DNA of 39,331 nt from Candidatus Saccharimonadota bacterium (GTDB taxonomy: Bacteria; Patescibacteriota; Saccharimonadia; Saccharimonadales; SZUA-47): positions 1 to 39,331 of the forward strand of contig JAGQNQ010000003.1 of NCBI GenBank assembly GCA_020428015.1. Reading direction: 5' to 3'. The notes below the pieces were generated by a model. The model made no database searches, was not told the origin of the DNA, and saw only the letters and a list, made by a program, of their open reading frames with translations. Both the position numbers and the translations under genes were made by a program. This document shows positions 24,871 to 30,311 of the stretch, one piece after another. How positions within the stretch are numbered: the first letter of the stretch is position 1; each line of letters begins with the position of its first letter.

Positions 24871-25299
24871 ATGAACAGAATTAAGAGAATTTTACTAACG
24901 ACAGCAGCAGCTTTAGGACTAGTTATGCCCCTCGCAGCTCCGGCAATGGTGAGTGCGGCCGACACAAACGTTTCTGGAAACCTAAATTGTGGTGCGGCTC
25001 TCGACTTTGATGGAAGTGACTGTGATAATTCAACTGCTGGTACGGACGTAGACAATCTAGTTACGAGCGTAATCAACATCATTTCACTTGTTGTTGGTGT
25101 CGTCGCCGTCATCATGATCATCATTGGTGGTCTTCGCTACATCACCTCAGGCGGTGAATCAGGCAGTGTCACTGGTGCAAAGAATACGATTCTCTATGCG
25201 GTTGTTGGACTCATTGTCGTGGCATTATCACAGGTTATCGTACGTTTTGTCGTGGATCGAGCGACACTAAACGGCGGTTCATCAACAGCTGGTGATTAA
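24871..25299 (+). CDS. TrbC/VirB2-type T4SS pilin paralog 6 (closest to paralog 5; may have its own promoter)
   Basis: Signal peptide (..AMVSAA), a Cys pair (NCGAALDFDGSDC), then ..LVVGVVAVIMIIIGGLRYITSGGESGSVTGAKNTILYAVVGLIVVALSQVIVRFVV. It follows a 132-nt spacer containing TTGAGA-17-ATATAA and SD AAGGAAAG. Confidence 0.75.
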   Translation: MNRIKRILLTTAAALGLVMPLAAPAMVSAADTNVSGNLNCGAALDFDGSDCDNSTAGTDVDNLVTSVINIISLVVGVVAVIMIIIGGLRYITSGGESGSVTGAKNTILYAVVGLIVVALSQVIVRFVVDRATLNGGSSTAGD

Positions 25300-25324
25300 C
25301 CAAGTCTGAGTAATGAAATATAGT

Positions 25325-25352
25325 AAAAAACACCCTCCGCTGGGTGTTTTTT
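25325..25352. terminator. Bidirectional rho-independent terminator between the pilin operon and hsp20
   Basis: AAAAAACACCC-TCCGCT-GGGTGTTTTTT: a 6-bp GC-rich stem flanked by an A-run and a T-run, lying between convergent genes. Confidence 0.6.
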
Positions 25353-25374
25353 CTATCAAGCAGAGCTTAATTTT

Positions 25375-25878
25375 CTACAGAACCTGAATCTTTTTTACGG
25401 AGTCTTGTTTGAGCTTCGTAAAGCTAATAGTGAGTACGCCGTCCTTTAGGACCGCTTCGATCTCATCTTCTTTAACTGGAACTGGTAGTGCAATACTGCG
25501 ACTAAATTCGCCCCAGTAACATTCCTGCACAAAGTAATTCTCTACTCCGGCTTCTTCACCCGCACTGAGCGTACCGCGGATGCTAAGTGTGTTGTCTGCA
25601 ATGCTCACATCAAGGTCATTCTTGTTTACCCCTGCTGTGCGTGCTTTAACCACAAGCTTCTCGCGTGTTTCAAACACATCGACTGCTAGTTGTCCTGGAA
25701 CGGCCTCTTCTTCTTCCCATTCATCCTGAGGCTGAGGTGCGCTCGAATCATCATCGCCCATCCCCATGTCATCTTCCATTGGCATCGGAGCCATTTGTGA
25801 TGTGTCTTCTTCGCCTAAGAATGCAGCAGTGAGCTCGTCTTCTAGTAGTAGGTCTTCGTCACGAGTTTTTCTCGCCAT
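25375..25878 (-). CDS. Hsp20/alpha-crystallin small heat-shock protein with an acidic N-terminal extension
   Basis: Alpha-crystallin domain: LAVDVFETREKLVVKARTAGVNKNDLDVSIADNTLSIRG...GEFSRSIALPVPVKEDEIEAVLKDGVLTISFTK. SD AAGGAGGG. Confidence 0.85.
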   Translation of the reverse strand: MARKTRDEDLLLEDELTAAFLGEEDTSQMAPMPMEDDMGMGDDDSSAPQPQDEWEEEEAVPGQLAVDVFETREKLVVKARTAGVNKNDLDVSIADNTLSIRGTLSAGEEAGVENYFVQECYWGEFSRSIALPVPVKEDEIEAVLKDGVLTISFTKLKQDSVKKIQVL

Positions 25879-26049
25879 GTTATTACTTCCCTCCTTAAGT
25901 TTCTCGCAAGTCTAGCTTGGTTGCGAAGGGTACTAATTTTCGTGCCCCTCGCGAAGTATCAAGCGTTTTTATGTTATAACCAGTATAGCTGAGAAGTGTC
26001 AACAAGGGCAACTTATTAGCATGTTATTTACAACACAATAAACACAACA

Positions 26050-26721
26050 ATGATACATATTGACTCACTTATAGAACATATTGCTCCTCATTCCTGTCTG
26101 GGCTGTGGGAGAAACGGGCCGCTTCTCTGCTCAACTTGCTCTGATGAATATTTTGAACAGATTCAGCCGAGATGTGTTGGCTGCAAACGACTATCTGACC
26201 ATTTTAAAGTCTGTACAAACTGTCGCAGTTGGCTACCCTTGCAATCAGTACGTGTTTCGGCCAACTACGAAGGGATTGCCGAGGCTCTTGTACATAGTTT
26301 AAAGTTTGACTGTCGGCGAGCCGCAGCGGGTCCAATTGCTCAATTAATGGCGAGCCAAATTGTTGATAGCGATGGCACACTACTCTGCCCCATCCCAACA
26401 GCTCCATCCCGGGTACGCCAGCGAGGATTTGATCACGCACTCCACATAACAAAACGGTTATCTAGGCACACAAAAGTTCCCTATCAGCAGCTTCTTAGAA
26501 GGCATACAAATGTGCGTCAGCTCGGTGCATCTAGGTTAAATCGTATTAGGCAGATGGAACGAGAATTTGAAGCGATAAAACAAGGAGAAATTAAGGGTAA
26601 ACACGTTATTTTAGTAGATGATGTATTTACGACTGGTGCGACGCTTTCTGCAGCAGCAAAAGTACTACGAAAGGCGGGTGCGCGCCGAGTTTCGGCCGTT
26701 GTATTTGCTCAGAAAGTGTAG
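26050..26721 (+). CDS. comF: ComF-family protein (phosphoribosyltransferase fold, competence-associated)
   Basis: N-terminal Cys4 cluster (CLGCG..CSTC..CVGC..CTNC) and a C-terminal PRTase motif HVILVDDVFTTGATLSAAAKVLRKAG. Confidence 0.8.
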   Translation: MIHIDSLIEHIAPHSCLGCGRNGPLLCSTCSDEYFEQIQPRCVGCKRLSDHFKVCTNCRSWLPLQSVRVSANYEGIAEALVHSLKFDCRRAAAGPIAQLMASQIVDSDGTLLCPIPTAPSRVRQRGFDHALHITKRLSRHTKVPYQQLLRRHTNVRQLGASRLNRIRQMEREFEAIKQGEIKGKHVILVDDVFTTGATLSAAAKVLRKAGARRVSAVVFAQKV

Positions 26722-26859
26722 CTGACAGAGACAGAACCCTTCACAAAAAATGAGTAGGGATTCGGTCACCTTCGGCGACCCCCGAAAAACATCTTTGCAA
26801 ACAAGTTTGCAAGAGTTTGTTCGTTTCCGAACTGCCACTGGCAGTTCTCACCCTATCGG

Positions 26860-26944
26860 GTTCGAATAATCATTCACTCCCAAGTTAAAAACCGCCAAAA
26901 AGGCGGTTCTCAACTTGGCGGAGAGAGAGGGATTCGAACCCTCG
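26860..26944. repeat. Left arm of the 85-bp inverted repeat (tRNA-Ser 3' 29 nt + terminator hairpin + 3' flank)
   Basis: The reverse complement of 26860-26944 equals 28945-29029 except for 2 mismatches (AGTTGAGAACC vs AGTTAACAACC). Confidence 0.85.
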
Positions 26945-27005
26945 GTACCGTTGCCGGCACAACGCTTTTCGAGAGCGTCCAATTCAACCACTCTTGCATC
27001 TCTCC
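26916..27005 (-). tRNA. tRNA-Ser (anticodon CGA), CCA encoded
   Basis: Minus strand reads GGAGAGATGCAAGAGTGGTTGAATTGGACGCTCTCGAAAAGCGTTGTGCCGGCAACGGTACCGAGGGTTCGAATCCCTCTCTCTCCGCCA. It has a 7-bp acceptor stem, anticodon stem ACGCT/AGCGT with loop CTCGAAA, a long variable arm, and a GTTCGAATC T-loop. Confidence 0.9.
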
Positions 27006-27080
27006 GACACTAGTAATTATACATAAAACATGCTACAATTACCCCTGTTGTTTGAGATTTTTTCGCTCAAACTAGGTTAA

Positions 27081-27157
<77 letters not shown>

Positions 27158-27164
27158 AATTAAG

Positions 27165-27188
27165 AACCCTGCTTTCTGCGGGGTTTTT
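27165..27188 (+). terminator. Terminator hairpin after tRNA-Arg
   Basis: AACCCTGC-TTTCT-GCGGGGTT followed by TTT. Confidence 0.5.
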
Positions 27189-27315
27189 AATTTGATCTAT
27201 CCTATATTTTGAACGTACGACCGATAGGCGAAACATGCCAGTGGCATGATGAGGAATCTATGCTTGGCCGAACGAGCGTGCCAACGGCACGTTGCCGAGT
27301 GAGCATTACAATACT

Positions 27316-27343
27316 TACGTTCAAATCGTATCGGGTGTACCAA
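27316..27343 (+). repeat. Exact 28-nt duplicate of the tRNA-Arg 3' end (T-arm + acceptor + CCAA), followed by its own terminator-like hairpin
   Basis: TACGTTCAAATCGTATCGGGTGTACCAA occurs at 27131-27158 and again at 27316-27343. The second copy is followed by TCCCTG-CTTGC-CAGGGA-TTTTTT (27352-27374). No matching 5' half precedes it. Confidence 0.85.
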
Positions 27344-27437
27344 CTAAAATGTCCCTGCTTGCCAGGGATTTTTTAGTTGATTTGTGCGTACGACTGTAGG
27401 TGATATGTGTACGTGGGAGATGTTTTATACTTAGATA

Positions 27438-27971
27438 ATGCTAGTACATGTAGGCTCTAAAAATCCGACAAAAATCAACGGAGTAAAAAATATACTTTCT
27501 AAAAGTGACGAGTTTAAAGATGCCGAAATTGTCGGTGTTGACGCGAACGTTGAGGAGTTTGGTCACCCAAAAACTCTCGAAGAGACAATCACGGGTGCAA
27601 AAGAGCGAGCTGAAAAAGTTTTTGATGGATCTGACCTAAGCGTAGGTATTGAAAGTGGCCTTGCCCTATTCCCCGAAACTAAATCCGGATATATGGAGAC
27701 GACGGTGTGCGCAATTTATGATGGTAAGCAATACCATCTGGGCGTAGCGCCAGCATTTGAATGGCCGAAGTCAATGCTAGAGCTGATATTATCTGGACAA
27801 GATGGCAGCCAGGCCTTCAAGAGCCTGGGACTTACGACACAACAAAAAATTGGTGCGGAAAACGGTATAATTTATGAACTCACAAATGGAAAAATCGACC
27901 GAACAAAATTAAACGAGCTTGCAGTCATAATGGCGCTCATCCACCTTGAGAATACTGAACTCTATGGCTAA
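27438..27971 (+). CDS. Non-canonical purine NTP phosphatase (YjjX/DUF84-like inosine/xanthosine triphosphatase)
   Basis: 177-aa ORF. MLVHVGSKNPTKINGVKNIL.. and ..DLSVGIESGL.. resemble the N-terminal (S/T)xNPxK and central IE(S/A)G motifs of the YjjX family. Confidence 0.55.
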   Translation: MLVHVGSKNPTKINGVKNILSKSDEFKDAEIVGVDANVEEFGHPKTLEETITGAKERAEKVFDGSDLSVGIESGLALFPETKSGYMETTVCAIYDGKQYHLGVAPAFEWPKSMLELILSGQDGSQAFKSLGLTTQQKIGAENGIIYELTNGKIDRTKLNELAVIMALIHLENTELYG

Positions 27972-28501
27972 AACCGCAAGCGACGGCTAGCACGCTCTAC
28001 TGCGTCAAGTTCTCGTTGTTCATGTGGCAGAAACAAGCTAAGAGTGTCGACAATTTTTAGTTCGTCTTCGGGAGCAAAATACAGCACAACCATAGGCTTG
28101 AAACGAGCGAGAGGCTTTAACCAGATACTATTTATTGGCCCTTCTTCAACAACGGAGAATGATCTAAACTCGGAAAATCGATGCTGTTGACTGCCCACAG
28201 TAAGTCCATCAGAAGAGAGCGAGTACTGTACCGACGACGGTTTTCGTGACCCCATTACCGCTATCATCACCGAAATCGACAATATTACAACAGAGGTGAG
28301 AATATCACGGTTTATCAGGTATATTACTGCTGTTATAAAAAAGGCGGCACCAAAAAGTCCTGCATACCACATGCTATTTTTATCGTGAGCTATGAATTCT
28401 GATGCAGTCCAGCTCACACTACTTGCAGTAGGCGCGAGTTCTTGAGGAACGCCCAGATCTTGTTGGCCGCTATAGCTCCAGGTAGGTTTATCCTCTTCCA
28501 T
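27968..28501 (-). CDS. Unknown membrane protein (two TM helices followed by a small PH-like soluble domain)
   Basis: Start moved to ATG 28501 (MEEDKPTWSYSG..). TACAAT (28514-28509) lies 7 nt upstream. The track's 28699 start adds a basic low-complexity extension. TM helices: WYAGLFGAAFFITAVIYLI and ILTSVVILSISVMIAVMG. Confidence 0.6.
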   Translation of the reverse strand: MEEDKPTWSYSGQQDLGVPQELAPTASSVSWTASEFIAHDKNSMWYAGLFGAAFFITAVIYLINRDILTSVVILSISVMIAVMGSRKPSSVQYSLSSDGLTVGSQQHRFSEFRSFSVVEEGPINSIWLKPLARFKPMVVLYFAPEDELKIVDTLSLFLPHEQRELDAVERASRRLRF

Positions 28502-28880
28502 AAGCACTATTGTAACGTATTTTATTTCAGACCTATAGGCCCTTCTCTTTTTTACAGAGATACGGTACAATTTCTTGAGCATTGAGCGTCTGCAGCTTTT
28601 ACGAATTCGAGAGAGGATTCTCGAATTTGAGAGGAAGAAGCTTGGTTGGTTGACCACTACTGTCAGGGAACTTGCTTCACTGACAGTCAGGTCGGACAAC
28701 CATCAGGAGAGGTACCCGCCTATCGAAATGCTCGACGAAGAGCTGAAGCATTCGACTCGGCCAGGCAACGAAAACTCAGATTGCCACAGGCAATCCTCGG
28801 GCTGAAGGCCTTCAGCAACGTGGTTCGTCTCAGATTTGCATCTCGTTGTACAATATTTGCACAACGAGCCACAAACCTGA

Positions 28881-28973
28881 GGAGAGGTACCCAAGTGGCT
28901 GAAGGGGACGGTTTGCTAAATCGTTAGTGGGGCGAAAGTTCCAGCGAGGGTTCGAATCCCTCTCTCTCCGCCA
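28881..28973 (+). tRNA. tRNA-Ser (anticodon GCU), CCA encoded
   Basis: GGAGAGGTACCCAAGTGGCTGAAGGGGACGGTTTGCTAAATCGTTAGTGGGGCGAAAGTTCCAGCGAGGGTTCGAATCCCTCTCTCTCCGCCA. Anticodon stem ACGGT/ATCGT with loop TTGCTAA, and a long variable arm. Confidence 0.9.
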
Positions 28974-29029
28974 AGTTAACAACCGCCTTTTTGGCGGTTT
29001 TTAACTTGGGAGTGAATGATTATTCGAAC
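28945..29029. repeat. Right arm of the 85-bp inverted repeat (includes terminator hairpin AACCGCC-TTTTT-GGCGGTT)
   Basis: See the left arm. CGAGGGTTCGAATCCCTCTCTCTCCGCCA is followed by AGTTAACAACCGCCTTTTTGGCGGTTTTTAACTTGGGAGTGAATGATTATTCGAAC. Confidence 0.85.
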
Positions 29030-29209
29030 GAAGTCACAGATATTCGACTAACGCCGAATTCCGCGACCCCGCCTCAACTCGAGTGGCTGTCAAGCCACGC
29101 CGGGTTTCCGGCCTTGCAAAAGCCCGCTGGGCTTTCTCACCTCTCTCCGCCAAAAAAAAGTCCAGATTTTCTGGGCTGTTTTTGTTTGTAGATACGCTAT
29201 ACTAAAGGA

Positions 29210-29380
29210 ATGAGTAACGGCGTAATCGCATTTATGTTTGCAGTCGGAGTTACAGTTTGGGTATATGCAAAATTTCAGAAACGCACAGGCAGCAATACCC
29301 AGAAAGCAGTTGGGGGCGCGGTTGTTGTCGGTGTTATCTCTTTCATCGTATTTTTGACGTTGATGTGGTCAATTTCTTAA
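29210..29380 (+). CDS. Possible small two-TM membrane protein (56 aa; not in the ORF track)
   Basis: ATG 29210 is preceded by AAAGGA. Translation: MSNGVIAFMFAVGVTVWVYAKFQKRTGSNTQKAVGGAVVVGVISFIVFLTLMWSIS, i.e. two hydrophobic helices joined by a basic loop. TAA at 29378-29380. Confidence 0.45.
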   Translation: MSNGVIAFMFAVGVTVWVYAKFQKRTGSNTQKAVGGAVVVGVISFIVFLTLMWSIS

Positions 29381-29446
29381 ATTGCCTAGCCTTTTAATAC
29401 TATTTTTCTAGTAAAGTCGCACGCTAACTGGTACTATAGGGCGTAT

Positions 29447-30304
29447 ATGAGTGGTGGTGAAGCCTCAGAGAAGGCTCTCGGTAAGGCAATTCAGCGTGCC
29501 CGGCAAGCGGGCGGGCTGACGCAGCAGGACCTATGTCAAAAAGCCTCTCTTTCATATTCGACCCTAGCAAAAATCGAGCGGGGAGCGATCAAGACGCCGT
29601 CGGTATTCACCGTCGCGCGGATTGCATCGGTCCTGGGCGTATCGCTTGATGAAATGCTAGGTGGCGTTGCGGGAGGGGCTGCCGTATCAGCAAAGAAGAA
29701 AAGTCGCTCGGGAATATCATTCTTGTATGTTGACATCAATGGGTGTATGGTGCATTTTTTTCACGGTGCTTTTTCACGCATTTCTCAGGATACGGGCGTG
29801 CCGGCCGACGTTGTAGAAACAGCTTTCTGGCATTTTAACGACGCTGTTTGTCGCGGCGATATGAGTATGGTGCAGTTTAATCAGAAGCTCGCAAAGCAAA
29901 TTGGCGTGGAATCGATCGACTGGAACAGCTATTATCTTGATGCTATTGAAGCGGTTGAAGGTATGGCTGGCCTGCTTTCATGGGCCTCGCAACACTATCG
30001 CGTCGGCTTACTTTCAAATATCATGCCAAGTCAGATTCGTGTCATGATTGATCGTGGTCTGCTTCCGAATATCCACTTTGATGCAATTATTGACTCGTCA
30101 GAGGTGAAGGCAATAAAGCCAGAACCTGCAATCTACACAATAGCCACAGAGCGCTCTGGTGTTCCAGCTCACGAAATCTTGTTTGTAGATGATTCGCGCA
30201 CCAATCTAATGGCGGCTGAACAACACGGGTGGCGTGTTATGTGGTTTGACGATATGCGTCCTGCAGATTCTGTAGCGAAGATTCGTGCCACTTTAGAATT
30301 CTAG
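29447..30304 (+). CDS. Fusion protein: N-terminal XRE-type HTH domain + C-terminal HAD-superfamily hydrolase domain
   Basis: HTH: LGKAIQRARQAGGLTQQDLCQKASLSYSTLAKIERGAIKTPSVFTVARIASVLGVSLDEML. HAD motifs: FLYVDINGC (I, D-x-N), GLLSN (II), KPEPAIY (III), LFVDDS (IV). Confidence 0.75.
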   Translation: MSGGEASEKALGKAIQRARQAGGLTQQDLCQKASLSYSTLAKIERGAIKTPSVFTVARIASVLGVSLDEMLGGVAGGAAVSAKKKSRSGISFLYVDINGCMVHFFHGAFSRISQDTGVPADVVETAFWHFNDAVCRGDMSMVQFNQKLAKQIGVESIDWNSYYLDAIEAVEGMAGLLSWASQHYRVGLLSNIMPSQIRVMIDRGLLPNIHFDAIIDSSEVKAIKPEPAIYTIATERSGVPAHEILFVDDSRTNLMAAEQHGWRVMWFDDMRPADSVAKIRATLEF

Positions 30305-30311
30305 TTAAACG

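Noticed and set aside
24300-25124. Minus-strand ORFs 24300-24656 and 24822-25124, antisense to pilin paralogs 5 and 6
   Set aside because: They are mirror images of Ala/Val/Gly-rich pilin codons. The plus-strand genes have signal peptides, SDs and five paralogs supporting them.
25879-26049. Heat-shock operator (CIRCE/HAIR-like) or RNA thermometer upstream of hsp20
   Set aside because: Only imperfect short inverted repeats are present (CTCGCAAG / CTTGGTTGCGAAG / CCTCGCGAAG). Nothing matches the CIRCE consensus TTAGCACTC-N9-GAGTGCTAA.
28502-28699. Upstream extension of ORF 27968-28699 (MSDLTVSEASSLTVVVNQ...RRSMLKKLYRISVKKRRAYR)
   Set aside because: The extension is basic and low-complexity and runs across hairpin-rich DNA. 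ATG 28501 has a -10 hexamer 7 nt upstream and begins a sensible membrane protein.
28688-28711. GTCAGGTC... resembling the 5' side of SRP RNA domain IV (GUCAGGUCCGGAAGGAAGCAGC)
   Set aside because: Only the first 8 nt match. The following GGACAACCATCAGG cannot form the GNRA-tetraloop helix with the conserved AGCA 3' side, so I make no SRP RNA call.
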